Shown here piece by piece: positions 20,531 through 30,377 of a stretch of DNA of 54,958 nucleotides. The notes below the pieces were generated by a model. That model was given only the letters and a program-made list of their open reading frames with translations, searched no databases and was not told the DNA's origin. The stretch comes from an uncultured bacterium. GTDB lineage: Bacteria; Cyanobacteriota; Vampirovibrionia; Gastranaerophilales; Gastranaerophilaceae. Numbering within the stretch: position 1 is the stretch's first letter; the number at the start of each line of letters is the position of its first letter. The stretch spans positions 1-54,958 of the forward strand of contig CASEVT010000007.1 in the NCBI GenBank assembly GCA_949291445.1. Reading direction: 5' to 3'. A program made the translations under genes and the position numbers.

Positions 20531-21784
20531 TTATTCATATTTTTTGTACAACAATGAGGCATTATGCCCGCCAAACCCGAATGAATTTGTAAGTGCATAC
20601 TTAACATTGGCCTTAACAGCCTTATGCGGCACATAATCCAAATTTGCAACATGCTCATCTTGATTGTCAAGATTAATAGTCGGTGGAATTATACCGTTGT
20701 TGATTGCATCAATACAAACAATCGATTCAGCAGCCCCCGTTGCACCAAGCATATGACCGTGCATAGACTTAGTAGAGCTTACTTTCAATTTTTTATTGGT
20801 ATCCAGATCGCCGAACACACGTGCATGTGCTTGAGATTCTGCCACATCACCCAGACCTGTACTTGTACCGTGAGCGTTTACATAATCGACATCTTCGGGC
20901 TTAACGCCTGCATCTTTCAGCGCCAATTCCATAGCTTTTGCCGCACCGGCACCATCGGGTGCAGGAGCAACAATATCGTAAGCATCAGCAGATTGACCGT
21001 AACCTACTATTTCTGCATAAATCTTTGCGCCACGCGCCTTAGCGTGTTCTAATTCTTCAAGCACCAATATAGCAGCGCCCTCTGACATTATAAAACCGTC
21101 TCTGTCCTTATCATAAGGCCTTGAAGCTTTCTGCGGTTCATCATTATGTTTTGACAGAGTTCTGGCACTGGTGAATGCACCTATACCAAGCCTTGTGATA
21201 ACAGCCTCAGCACCACCGGCAACTATTACATCGGCATCATCCCACTGTATTGAGCGGAATGCATCACCGATTGAATGTGCAGATGTGGCACAAGCTGTAA
21301 CAATAGCCTTATTTACACCTTTTGCACCGTGTTTTATTGAAATCCTGCCGGCTCCCATATCTGCAATAATCATAGGTACCGTAAATGGGCTGCATTTTGT
21401 AGGTCCTCTGTCAATGATTATATGATGTTGTTTTTCGAAAGTATCAAAACCGCCTGCAGCAGAACCGACTACGACACCATATCTGTACGGATCAACATTT
21501 TCACCGGCAACAATACCGGAATCAGCTATTGCTTCATCCGCTGCTATTACGGCAAACTGAGTATATCTGTCCATTCTCTTTGCATCTTTAGAATCCATAT
21601 ACTCACTTGGCTCAAAATTCTTAACTTCTCCGGCTATATGAACTGTATGTCCATCCAGAGTAATATTTTCAATAGTAGATATTCCGCTCTTGCCTTCCAC
21701 AAGACTTTTCCAAAATATATCCTTACCGATTCCGAACGGTGATACAACTCCCATACCGGTTACTACTACTCTTCTTTTGCTCAT
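20531..21784 (-). CDS. fabF: Beta-ketoacyl-ACP synthase II
   Basis: RRVVVTGMGVVSP, active-site ACATSAH, NAHGTSTGLGD, KSMHGHMLGATG, NSFGFGGHNASL. Confidence 0.96.
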   Translation of the reverse strand: MSKRRVVVTGMGVVSPFGIGKDIFWKSLVEGKSGISTIENITLDGHTVHIAGEVKNFEPSEYMDSKDAKRMDRYTQFAVIAADEAIADSGIVAGENVDPYRYGVVVGSAAGGFDTFEKQHHIIIDRGPTKCSPFTVPMIIADMGAGRISIKHGAKGVNKAIVTACATSAHSIGDAFRSIQWDDADVIVAGGAEAVITRLGIGAFTSARTLSKHNDEPQKASRPYDKDRDGFIMSEGAAILVLEELEHAKARGAKIYAEIVGYGQSADAYDIVAPAPDGAGAAKAMELALKDAGVKPEDVDYVNAHGTSTGLGDVAESQAHARVFGDLDTNKKLKVSSTKSMHGHMLGATGAAESIVCIDAINNGIIPPTINLDNQDEHVANLDYVPHKAVKANVKYALTNSFGFGGHNASLLYKKYE

Positions 21785-21810
21785 ATCAATACTCTACCTT
21801 TTCATCTGCG

Positions 21811-21860
21811 ATAAAAAATTGCGAGGAGTGCCAAACGTAAAAGTAAGCCATGCTCCCCGC
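21811..21860 (-). terminator. Candidate attenuator/terminator between acpP and fabF
   Basis: On the minus strand GCGGGGAG pairs with CTCCTCGC (8 bp including one G-U) and is followed by AATTTTTTAT. The loop is long (24 nt), so this is tentative. Confidence 0.3.
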
Positions 21861-21902
21861 AAAAATTCTTTTATTCCCTTTTTCAAGGGGCCTAAGCCAT
21901 AA

Positions 21903-22136
21903 CTATGAATGAGATTCTATATAGTTAACAGCGTCTTGAACTGTTGCGATTTTTTCAGCTTCTTCGTCTGGAATTTCGCATCCGAATTCTTCTTCGAAAG
22001 CCATTACCAATTCAACTGTATCCAATGAATCTGCACCGAGATCCCCTGTGAAACTAGCTTCAGGAGTAACCAATGCTTCATCAACACTCAGCTGCTCTAC
22101 AACTACTTTTTTAACTCTGTCCAGAACTGTACTCAT
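21903..22136 (-). CDS. acpP: Acyl carrier protein
   Basis: 77 aa with [19 protein letters not shown] (phosphopantetheine Ser). SD GAGGAA. Confidence 0.97.
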   Translation of the reverse strand: MSTVLDRVKKVVVEQLSVDEALVTPEASFTGDLGADSLDTVELVMAFEEEFGCEIPDEEAEKIATVQDAVNYIESHS

Positions 22137-22183
22137 TTTTTTGTTTCCTCATATTAAATTAACTACGTATTTTTTCAACTTTA

Positions 22184-22211
22184 ATTATACTAGCTCAATA
22201 AAATTATGCAA
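22184..22211 (-). promoter_or_regulatory. Sigma70-like promoter for acpP
   Basis: Minus strand: TTGCAT (22211-22206), 16 nt spacer, TATAAT (22189-22184), about 48 nt upstream of the acpP ATG in the fabG-acpP spacer. Confidence 0.5.
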
Positions 22212-22256
22212 ACAATTTAATAATTTTATTGTTATATAGCAGGGCTTCGCAAGATT

Positions 22257-22985
22257 TTAAACAACCAGACCGCCGTCGACGCCCAATACCTGACCGGTCA
22301 CATACAGACCGTCTACTGCCAAAAATTTAACTGCCTTTGCGATATCTTCAGGCTGTCCCAACTTTTTCATCGGAATATGCTCTGCAATCTTTTCTGTATC
22401 CAGATCCTTTGTCATATCCGTTTGTATAAAACCGGGAGCTATTGCGTTTACACGAATATTTCTTGAGCCCAATTCTTTAGCCAGCGACTTGGTAAATCCT
22501 ATCAATCCTGCCTTTGCCGCAGAATAATTTGCCTGTCCGGCATTGCCCATTACACCTACAATACTGGACATATTGATAATCGCGCCCTCTCTTTGTTTCA
22601 TCATTATCTTTGATACGGGATTGGACATGTAAAATGCGCTGTTCAAATTCGTATTTATAACAGCATTCCAATTTTCTGCACTCATCCTGATGAACAAACC
22701 GTCTCTGGTAATACCTGCATTATTCACCAATACATCAATTCTTCCAAATTCTTCATGTATTTTTGCAACATTTTCCAAACAGGCTTCCTCTGATGCAACA
22801 TCAAACTTATACGCTTTTGCATTAACACCAAGTGCTTTTATTTCGTTCACTGTCTTGTTTGCAGCTTCATCATTGCCTGCATACGTAACAGCAACATCAT
22901 ATCCGGACTTTGCCAACTCAATTGCACAAGCCTTGCCTATACCTCTTGACGCACCGGTTACTATTGCAACTTTCTTTTCTGACAT
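22257..22985 (-). CDS. fabG: 3-oxoacyl-ACP reductase
   Basis: VAIVTGASRGIGKA, NNAGIT, SSIVG...YSAAKAG (SDR catalytic YxxxK), 242 aa, in the fab cluster. Confidence 0.93.
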   Translation of the reverse strand: MSEKKVAIVTGASRGIGKACAIELAKSGYDVAVTYAGNDEAANKTVNEIKALGVNAKAYKFDVASEEACLENVAKIHEEFGRIDVLVNNAGITRDGLFIRMSAENWNAVINTNLNSAFYMSNPVSKIMMKQREGAIINMSSIVGVMGNAGQANYSAAKAGLIGFTKSLAKELGSRNIRVNAIAPGFIQTDMTKDLDTEKIAEHIPMKKLGQPEDIAKAVKFLAVDGLYVTGQVLGVDGGLVV

Positions 22986-23025
22986 ATCTGACTCCTTATT
23001 TTAACCCAATTATCGTCTTGTGCCT

Positions 23026-23970
23026 CTATGCTATTGAATAAGCATTTATATTTTCAATCGTTTGCGTTAATGACTCTTCATCAAAAATATTATAAACATT
23101 CAATGACGCATCAATCTTTTTGCACAAACCGGCAAGCACCTTACCGGGACCTATTTCAACAATTGTATCCACTCCTGCTGCAACCATTTTTTCTACAGTT
23201 TGTGTCCACAAAACCGAAGAATAAATTTGAGCAGTCATTTTTGCTTTGAATCTTATTGCTGAGGTAGTAGCTTCTGCGTCCACATTTGTGTATACAGGAA
23301 TAGTCGCATCCTTAATATCACAATCATCCAAAATCTCAGAAAATTTTACACTGGCCTCTTCCATTAATCTTGAGTGAAAACCACCTGACACCGGCAGAGG
23401 AATTACTCTTTTTGCTCCCGCCGCTTTCAACGCTTCATTAGCCTTAGCAACCGCATCTGCCTCACCTGTTATAACAATTTGAGCGGGAGAATTGTAATTC
23501 GCAACCGATACAATTCCGTCAATTTTATCAAGAATATCAACAATATCTTCCTTGCTCATTCCTATTACAGCAGTCATCGAACCTTTCGTATTAAGAGCTG
23601 CATTGTTCATCTCAAAAGCACGTTTATCAATAAGTTTCATTGCAGTGGCAAAATCAATTGCTCCCGATGCATAATACGCACCATACTCGCCCAAGGAATG
23701 ACCCGCAACAAAGTCCGGCGTAATATCACATTTTTCTCTCAACGCCTCCAATGCTGCGAGCGATGTCACAAGGATTGCAGGTTGTGTGTTAATCGTCTGC
23801 TTCAATTCTTCTTCAGGTCCCTCAAAACATATCTTCGAAATCTTTCGACCCAATACCTCATCTGCCTTATCAAAAATATCTTTTGCCCGTAATGAAGTTT
23901 CGTACAAAGATTTTCCCATTCCTACGGATTGTGAACCTTGACCGGGGAATACAAACGCAATTTTTCCCAT
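23026..23970 (-). CDS. fabD: ACP S-malonyltransferase
   Basis: AFVFPGQGSQSVGMG, GHSLGEY (active-site Ser), VSGGFHS. Confidence 0.95.
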   Translation of the reverse strand: MGKIAFVFPGQGSQSVGMGKSLYETSLRAKDIFDKADEVLGRKISKICFEGPEEELKQTINTQPAILVTSLAALEALREKCDITPDFVAGHSLGEYGAYYASGAIDFATAMKLIDKRAFEMNNAALNTKGSMTAVIGMSKEDIVDILDKIDGIVSVANYNSPAQIVITGEADAVAKANEALKAAGAKRVIPLPVSGGFHSRLMEEASVKFSEILDDCDIKDATIPVYTNVDAEATTSAIRFKAKMTAQIYSSVLWTQTVEKMVAAGVDTIVEIGPGKVLAGLCKKIDASLNVYNIFDEESLTQTIENINAYSIA

Positions 23971-24088
23971 ATTATATCTCCTTAAAATTACTTATCTTTA
24001 TAATTATTCACTCTTACTACCGGATTTTTGTATTTTATATGACTCTTGCAAGATGGCTCACAGAAAACAACAACCTCAGTTATATTCT

Positions 24089-25096
24089 CTATGCAATCCC
24101 TTCTCTGAGCCTTACAATAACCGTACCCCAGGTAAGTCCGGCACCAAAACCACTTAATATTGCCTTACAAGGAAGCTTTATTTTTCCTTCTTCTATACCT
24201 TCCGCCATTGCAAGCGGAATTGATGCAGCTGATGTATTGCCATATTTTTGCAGATTTACTATTATCTTTTCGTCGCTATAATTCAACCTCGAAGCCATTG
24301 CCTCAATAATTCTGTAATTTGCCTGATGCGGTATCAAATAATCCACATCATCCGGCGTCAATCCGGCCTTTTCCAAACAATTGCTAATCGACTCCGGCAT
24401 TGTTGTGACGACAAACTTGTATACTTCTCTGCCTTGCATAACAATTTTTTGTTTTTGCGGCTCACAAGGCTCAACCAACGGGCAATTTTCACCATTCATC
24501 GGCATTTTTATAAAATCACCGTCTTTACCGTTTGAATGCATGTCCATTGCGATTATGTCATCAACACCATCAACCGATTCTTTCATCACCATTGCACCGG
24601 CGCCATCACCGAACAATACACAACTTGTTCTGTCATACCAGTCAATATACTTAGAATTAGCATCAGTCGCAACGAGCAAGATATTTTTGTATATACCTGA
24701 TGAGATGAAGGACTTTGCTATATTCATTGCATATATCATGCCGGTACAAGCAGCGGTAATATCAAATGCAGCGGCATTGTCCGCACCTATCGCAGCCTGT
24801 ATCTCACAAGCCGTAGAAGGATAAGGATGTGCAGGCACTGATGCTGCAGCTATGATTAAATCTATATCCATAGGATCCATTTTTGCTTTTTGCAAAGCAT
24901 TTTGTGCAGCCTTCACTCCCAGAGTAACCGCGTTTTCTTCACCGGATACAACACGACGCTCTTTTATTCCGGTTCTGGTCGTAATCCACTCGTCACTTGT
25001 ATCAACGAGTTTCGTCAAATCCTCGTTTGTAATAACTGTTTCCGGCACCCCGTAGCCTACACCTGCTATCATTACAGGAATTAAATTTAATGACAT
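24089..25096 (-). CDS. fabH: Beta-ketoacyl-ACP synthase III
   Basis: TSDEWITTRTGIKERR, AACTGMIYA (active-site Cys), IPHQANYRI, GNTSAASIP, GFGAGLTWG. Confidence 0.95.
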   Translation of the reverse strand: MSLNLIPVMIAGVGYGVPETVITNEDLTKLVDTSDEWITTRTGIKERRVVSGEENAVTLGVKAAQNALQKAKMDPMDIDLIIAAASVPAHPYPSTACEIQAAIGADNAAAFDITAACTGMIYAMNIAKSFISSGIYKNILLVATDANSKYIDWYDRTSCVLFGDGAGAMVMKESVDGVDDIIAMDMHSNGKDGDFIKMPMNGENCPLVEPCEPQKQKIVMQGREVYKFVVTTMPESISNCLEKAGLTPDDVDYLIPHQANYRIIEAMASRLNYSDEKIIVNLQKYGNTSAASIPLAMAEGIEEGKIKLPCKAILSGFGAGLTWGTVIVRLREGIA

Positions 25097-25101
25097 ACAA
25101 T

Positions 25102-26154
25102 CTATCCTTCGTAAAATTCTGATATTTTCTTGTTAACTTCCGATTCAACGGCCTCTTTAGCAACTCTTACCGCATTTTTTATTGCATAAGCCTTGCTTCT
25201 TCCGTGAGATATGACCGTAATCCCTTTTACACCGAGAAGAAGAGCTCCGCCAAATTCTTCATAGTTAATTCTTTTGTATATTCTTTTCATTGCAGGCTTA
25301 GCCAAAAGCCCTATTAGCATTGAAATAAAATCTTTTTTAAATTCCTGTTTAATCATCTGAAACAGCATAGTGGATGAACCTTCTATTGCTTTTAGAGCAA
25401 CATTTCCAACAAATCCATCGCAAACTACCACGTCACAATTTCCGGAGAACAATTCTTTACCCTCAATATTACCGATGAAATTCAATTCGTCCTGATTTTC
25501 TTCAAAAAGCTTATAAGTAGCTTGAGCAAGTTCATTACCCTTGCCGGCTTCTTCACCGATGTTCAAAATTCCGATTCTGGGGTTTTGATTACCGAACACA
25601 CCCCTTGAAAATGCTTCACCCATTACGGCGAACTGATAGAGCATGTCCGGAGTGCAATTGCTGTTTGCACCAGAATCTATTAATATAACAGGATTCTTCA
25701 TTGTAGGTAGCGTCGTAGCTATTGCAGGTCTTTCGATTCCGGGCAATCTGCCCAATCCAAAAAGGCTTGCTGCCATTGCTGCTCCTGTTGAGCCTGCGGC
25801 AACTACTGCCTGCGAACTACCCGTTGCAACTGCGCTCACCGCCAACACGATTGACGATTTCTTTTTTTTACGAATAGCCTGACCGGGAGCTTCGCCCATT
25901 TCTATGACTTCTTCTGCATGAGTAACTTTTATGTCTAGCTTATCAACATCCACCCTTATTCTTCGGTATGGAACATTCGGACTTGTGCAACGTATTCCGT
26001 TTCGTTTTATTTTCTCAAGCTCAGCCTCTATCTGATCTTGTTTACCAACCAGTTCGATTCCTACATTGTACTCAGAAGCAGCCCAAACTGCACCAGCCAC
26101 AATCTCTTGAGGTGCGTGGTCTCCTCCCATCGCGTCAATCGCTATCCTCGTCAT
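25102..26154 (-). CDS. plsX: Phosphate acyltransferase PlsX
   Basis: MTRIAIDAMGGDHAP, AGSTGA, DGFVGNV, GALLLGVKG. Confidence 0.95.
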   Translation of the reverse strand: MTRIAIDAMGGDHAPQEIVAGAVWAASEYNVGIELVGKQDQIEAELEKIKRNGIRCTSPNVPYRRIRVDVDKLDIKVTHAEEVIEMGEAPGQAIRKKKKSSIVLAVSAVATGSSQAVVAAGSTGAAMAASLFGLGRLPGIERPAIATTLPTMKNPVILIDSGANSNCTPDMLYQFAVMGEAFSRGVFGNQNPRIGILNIGEEAGKGNELAQATYKLFEENQDELNFIGNIEGKELFSGNCDVVVCDGFVGNVALKAIEGSSTMLFQMIKQEFKKDFISMLIGLLAKPAMKRIYKRINYEEFGGALLLGVKGITVISHGRSKAYAIKNAVRVAKEAVESEVNKKISEFYEG

Positions 26155-26192
26155 ACTTCTCGGTTCTTTCCTTTATCTACTGCTATTCAGTA

Positions 26193-26555
26193 TTATTCAG
26201 CTTTATCTTCTGTTGTTGCTTCAGGTTTCACTTCAGGTTCTTCTGTTTGTGCTTCTTCTGCTTTAACTTCTTCAACCTTTACTTCTTCAACCTTGGATTC
26301 TTCTGTTTTAGCTGCTTTTTTTGTTCTCTTAGCAGGTGCTTTTTTCGTTTTCTTTTCTTCTACTTCTTCTTGGAATCCTTCAGCCTTTCTGCTTACAACT
26401 TTGCCTTTATACTGACCGCATTCTGTGCAAACTGTATGTGTCAACACTAACGCGCCACAATTTTTGCAAGTTGTTGTTTCAGGAACTGTTGCTTTCCAGT
26501 TTGATCTTCTATGTCCTTGTGCTGATGCACCTGTTCGTTTCTTTGGTACTGCCAT
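26193..26555 (-). CDS. rpmF: 50S ribosomal protein L32 with long KE-rich C-terminal extension
   Basis: MAVPKKRTGASAQGHRRSNW followed by a zinc ribbon, CKNCG...CTECG. The canonical L32 part is the first ~57 aa. The remaining ~63 aa are Lys/Glu/Ala-rich (EEVEEKKTKKAPAKRTKKAAKTEESKVEEVKVEEVKAEE...). Confidence 0.92.
   Translation of the reverse strand: MAVPKKRTGASAQGHRRSNWKATVPETTTCKNCGALVLTHTVCTECGQYKGKVVSRKAEGFQEEVEEKKTKKAPAKRTKKAAKTEESKVEEVKVEEVKAEEAQTEEPEVKPEATTEDKAE
26250..26294 (-). repeat. 3 x 15-nt in-frame tandem repeat inside the rpmF extension
   Basis: Minus strand reads AAGGTTGAAGAAGTA / AAGGTTGAAGAAGTT / AAAGCAGAAGAAGCA, encoding KVEEV-KVEEV-KAEEA. Confidence 0.85.
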
Positions 26556-26557
26556 TG

Positions 26558-27052
26558 TTATTTTACCTCATTTATCTTCATATTCTTAAAAACTTCTAGA
26601 CGGGGGTCGATTGATTCTTTTTTCATATATTTTTCAAGTTCGACACTCCCTTTACAATTTATATCACAAACAGACGGATTTGGAATATTTAATATTAAGG
26701 TTTGATAAATTAGATCATCAACATCGATTTCCGATTCGCCGTTTAGATCTGTTACAAAATCTCCATCTTTTAATTCCACTTCGTGAGAATGCTTGTCATT
26801 AAAGGTTCCCAGAACATATGTCTCATCAAATTCCGTCTCTATTTTTTCTGTAAATTCTTTCAAACATCTATCACATGTCAGCTTAACATTTGCAACAATT
26901 TTGCCTTTTGCATTTATACATGCTCCATAGGATGAGAAAACGATCTGCGCACTCACTGGAGAATCTGTGTTCACACCTTTCACACATTCTTCATAATTTA
27001 GCTGCAATGTATTATTTTTTGCATTTTTTATCTCTTCGACAGAAATTTTCAT
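26558..27052 (-). CDS. YceD/DUF177 family protein (large-subunit rRNA accumulation protein)
   Basis: 164 aa, CDRCLKEF...CDINCKG Cys pairs, acidic, immediately upstream of rpmF as in the conserved yceD-rpmF-plsX arrangement. Confidence 0.85.
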   Translation of the reverse strand: MKISVEEIKNAKNNTLQLNYEECVKGVNTDSPVSAQIVFSSYGACINAKGKIVANVKLTCDRCLKEFTEKIETEFDETYVLGTFNDKHSHEVELKDGDFVTDLNGESEIDVDDLIYQTLILNIPNPSVCDINCKGSVELEKYMKKESIDPRLEVFKNMKINEVK

Positions 27053-27175
27053 AATCCATTCTCAAGTACCTGACTCAAACAAAAGAATCATTTTACCATT
27101 TGCTCATCCGTTTACAAATGAAAGACGACTAATAATTATAATATTTGAGACATTGTACTTTGTAAAGACCTTGTA

Positions 27176-29743
27176 TTATGAAGGCTTAATTGGAGACATA
27201 ATAGCGTCGAATTTTTCTTTAAAAAACTCTACGTTAATATTCAATTTTTCGCCCAATTCAAGCAAAAGTAGTATAAATTTTCTATCGTAATCATCCTTAA
27301 TATCGTCAGGATGTTCCGCAAATTCATCTACCAAATCTTTTACTTTAACGAAATAAGTATTTTGGGATTCTGATATATCAACGTTCAACTCCAACAGCTC
27401 TACGCATTTAAACAGATCCAATATAATCTCAATGCGGTGAATTTCAGGATTTTTTGCCAACTCAAATACTGCCTTATTAATCTTTTGTGAAAAGATGTTA
27501 TTGGCAATCTTTTTGTCCAATTTAATACCGATTGTTTTTGCTTCTTCATTTATGTCGATAGCGGCTTGTATATCATGCGGCAGCAGATATTTTTCAAAGT
27601 TGTTCATCAAAAGATTGAACTCTCTGCTCAGCGTGTATGCCGTTGCAATCTTAAACTCATTCGGCGCTTCAAGTCCAAGGCTCTTAAAGTGGTAGATTGA
27701 ACCTTTTCCTTCTTCATAAATTTCTTTATACAGGTTAGTAAATTTGTTCGTTTTATTTTGCAATAGCAAATTCAATATCTTTCTGCGTTCTTCTATAAAG
27801 ATATTCTTCAGCGTATAATATTCCTTGCCGAAATTTTCATCCAGCGCACGTATTATCTCCGTCAGCGGGTAATTCACAAACGTATTCATCAATTCTTTTT
27901 GAATATCCGCATATTCAGTCGAGTCGGTATATTCTTTTATTGAGCAGTGAAAATCTTCACCTGAGAATTTCAACAACGCATACATCATGTCGAATTTCTC
28001 GAGTGTTATTTTAGACTGAACCTCAATACGACCGACCGAAAGTGTATTTTTCCCGCTTGACTCAATTTTGTTATGAATTCTTTTTATATTATAAGAATAG
28101 AATGTCGTCTCATCTCCAAAATCTTCGTATAATGCAGATATTGCATACAGACTTACTATTTGTTTAATCGTTACAACAGCAGGTTTGACAAATTTTTCAT
28201 AAATTTCTTTGCCAGTGCCAAATTCTTTAATATTACTTTTAGCTTTGTCAAGAATTTCAAGGAACTTCGTCTCATAATCAGCAGACGTAAAATCCCCCGC
28301 AAGCTGCATTGCTCGGGCAGCATATTTCATAATCTGTGTTGTTTCAATTCCCGATATATCTGCGAAAAACCAACCGCAGCTGGTATACATCAACATTGCC
28401 TGACGTTGTATCTCAAGAAGCTTCATCGCAGCAACCTTGCCCTCTGCTGCAACCTCTTCTTTCAACACATTTTTCAAAAACTGTTTTACGTTAAGCTCCG
28501 AACGATCGAGAATAACCTCGATATATTCATTTCGTACATCCCAAGGGTTTTTGTTGAAATATTTATACCCTTCTGATTCAAACAATTTTGCAAGCTCATC
28601 TCGCAAGTAATCCAATGCCTCACGCAAAGGTTTACGCCACTTTTGATTCCAACCCTGTTGACCGCCGGTTGAGCACCCGCAATCATCCTTCCATCTGCCG
28701 ACACCGTGAAAACAGCTCCACGATGATGCTTGTTTTATGTCTGCTTCTTGTGTAACCCCGAATTTCTCAAGATATTCACCGTAATTGGTTATCGTAAACC
28801 CTTCATCTTTAGCTTTTACCCGCAAAACATATGACAGCGCCATATCTCCAAATTTCGTATGGTGACCGTAACTTTCACCATCTGTTGCTATGTTAACTAT
28901 TTGCGGATAATCACGTAACTCCGATACACCTTCTCTCAAACGTTTTGCAAATATATTCCCATCTCGCAAAATATTATCAAACGCCACAGAACGAGAGATT
29001 GCACCGTCATAAAAGTACAAATCCACATATTTTTTCGGATTTGATTTTATAAAATACCTATACGGTCTTGCAGGATCAATGTTTCCCCAGCTAACATCCT
29101 GCCATTCTTTTGTACCTATTTTTCGGCATTTTAAAGCCTGAAACGGAGAAAGTATTGTAAATTTTATTCCGTTATCCGCCAGCACTTCCAAAGTTTCATC
29201 ATCTACGGCTGTTTCTGCAAGCCACATTCCCTCCGGTGCTCTGCCAAACCGATATTTAAAATCACGAATGCCCCATTTTACCTGCGTTTCTTTGTCTCTT
29301 TGATTCGCCAATGGCATTATTATGTGGTTATAAACCTGTGCAATTGCATTCCCGTGACCGGAGAATTTATCCATACTGACCACATCAGCCTTGATTATAC
29401 GTTCATATGTCAACGGCGCATACTGTTCCATCCATGACATCAATGTCGGTCCGAAATTGAAACTCATCAACGAATAATTATCTACTACATCTAATACCCG
29501 ATTCTTGTTATCGACTATTCTCGATGCGGAATTCGGATTGTAACATTCCAAGTTTATTCTCTCGTTCCAATCGTGAAACGGCAGGGCACTATCCTGCTGT
29601 TCTATCGCCTCCAACCAGGGATTCTCTCTCGGTGGTTGATAAAAGTGTCCATGGATTGTCAAAAAATTTTGCGGCTTATTCTTTTCTTTTTTTTCCTTTA
29701 CGTTACTTACGGCAACAGCCGGCTCTTTTTCGTATTCCGCCAT
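27176..29743 (-). CDS. Glycoside hydrolase family 57 protein with large C-terminal (DUF3536-like) domain
   Basis: LTIHGHFYQPPRENPW, HDWNERI, SFNFGPTL, ATDGESYGHH (GH57 catalytic region), CGWFFADISG. 855 aa. SD GAGAGGA. Confidence 0.88.
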   Translation of the reverse strand: MAEYEKEPAVAVSNVKEKKEKNKPQNFLTIHGHFYQPPRENPWLEAIEQQDSALPFHDWNERINLECYNPNSASRIVDNKNRVLDVVDNYSLMSFNFGPTLMSWMEQYAPLTYERIIKADVVSMDKFSGHGNAIAQVYNHIIMPLANQRDKETQVKWGIRDFKYRFGRAPEGMWLAETAVDDETLEVLADNGIKFTILSPFQALKCRKIGTKEWQDVSWGNIDPARPYRYFIKSNPKKYVDLYFYDGAISRSVAFDNILRDGNIFAKRLREGVSELRDYPQIVNIATDGESYGHHTKFGDMALSYVLRVKAKDEGFTITNYGEYLEKFGVTQEADIKQASSWSCFHGVGRWKDDCGCSTGGQQGWNQKWRKPLREALDYLRDELAKLFESEGYKYFNKNPWDVRNEYIEVILDRSELNVKQFLKNVLKEEVAAEGKVAAMKLLEIQRQAMLMYTSCGWFFADISGIETTQIMKYAARAMQLAGDFTSADYETKFLEILDKAKSNIKEFGTGKEIYEKFVKPAVVTIKQIVSLYAISALYEDFGDETTFYSYNIKRIHNKIESSGKNTLSVGRIEVQSKITLEKFDMMYALLKFSGEDFHCSIKEYTDSTEYADIQKELMNTFVNYPLTEIIRALDENFGKEYYTLKNIFIEERRKILNLLLQNKTNKFTNLYKEIYEEGKGSIYHFKSLGLEAPNEFKIATAYTLSREFNLLMNNFEKYLLPHDIQAAIDINEEAKTIGIKLDKKIANNIFSQKINKAVFELAKNPEIHRIEIILDLFKCVELLELNVDISESQNTYFVKVKDLVDEFAEHPDDIKDDYDRKFILLLLELGEKLNINVEFFKEKFDAIMSPIKPS

Positions 29744-29767
29744 TATAAATCCTCTCAGAAAACAATA

Positions 29768-30316
29768 TTACTCTGCTTTTTTGTCGTCTTTATTTTTTTT
29801 GGTTACTATTATTAACTTGTCCACATCTACCCAAGGATCACCCAATGCGGTAGAAAATACTTTCCCGTATATGTCAACTATATCTCCGGATTCAAGATCA
29901 ATAAACTTCTCCGCATCTGTCCTCTTTATAAAAATTTTCATCTCCGAAAGCGGGATTGTATGATCTTTTACGTCATCTCTTTTTATTAAAAATGAAATAT
30001 ATTTTTGACTATCCCTTTTTGCGGGCGGATAGTCCAAACCTAACGTGGCAAACTTATCAAATGTTGCATGCATTTTTATTTTTTTATTCAAATACTGTGC
30101 AGGGTTAGCCACAACATTCAACGGTTGCGCCGATGCATAGCTTGACTTGTCTATAACTATTTCTTTTTCTGCCGGCTGGGCTTTTGTTTCTGTTACTTGT
30201 GTTTTTTGTGCCGGTGCTGCATTCTTTTGTGCCGGCGTATCAGCTATTGCAAATGTCGTACCCAACGCCAGCATACCTGACAATATTATTATATATAGCC
30301 TGTTATTTTTCTTCAT
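29768..30316 (-). CDS. Secreted hypothetical protein
   Basis: Signal peptide MKKNNRLYIIILSGMLALGTTFAIA|DTPAQ, a PAQK-rich linker, then a ~110-aa beta-rich domain. 24 nt upstream of the GH57 gene. Confidence 0.6.
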   Translation of the reverse strand: MKKNNRLYIIILSGMLALGTTFAIADTPAQKNAAPAQKTQVTETKAQPAEKEIVIDKSSYASAQPLNVVANPAQYLNKKIKMHATFDKFATLGLDYPPAKRDSQKYISFLIKRDDVKDHTIPLSEMKIFIKRTDAEKFIDLESGDIVDIYGKVFSTALGDPWVDVDKLIIVTKKNKDDKKAE

Positions 30317-30377
30317 TTAACTCTTTCCTCTATTTTACACTCTAACATTTTAGCATATATTGAAAAAAAGGTAATAA

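Noticed and set aside
26250-26294. Short tandem repeats checked as a possible CRISPR or VNTR array
   Set aside because: Only three 15-nt units, in-frame within rpmF, with no spacers. This is a coding repeat. No CRISPR-like repeat-spacer structure was seen anywhere in the window.
25968-26450. Plus-strand ORFs 25968..26450 and 26038..26415 (Phe/Ser/Cys-rich)
   Set aside because: They are antisense to plsX and rpmF. The open frames arise from the GAA/AAG-rich coding repeat of the L32 extension and are not credible proteins.
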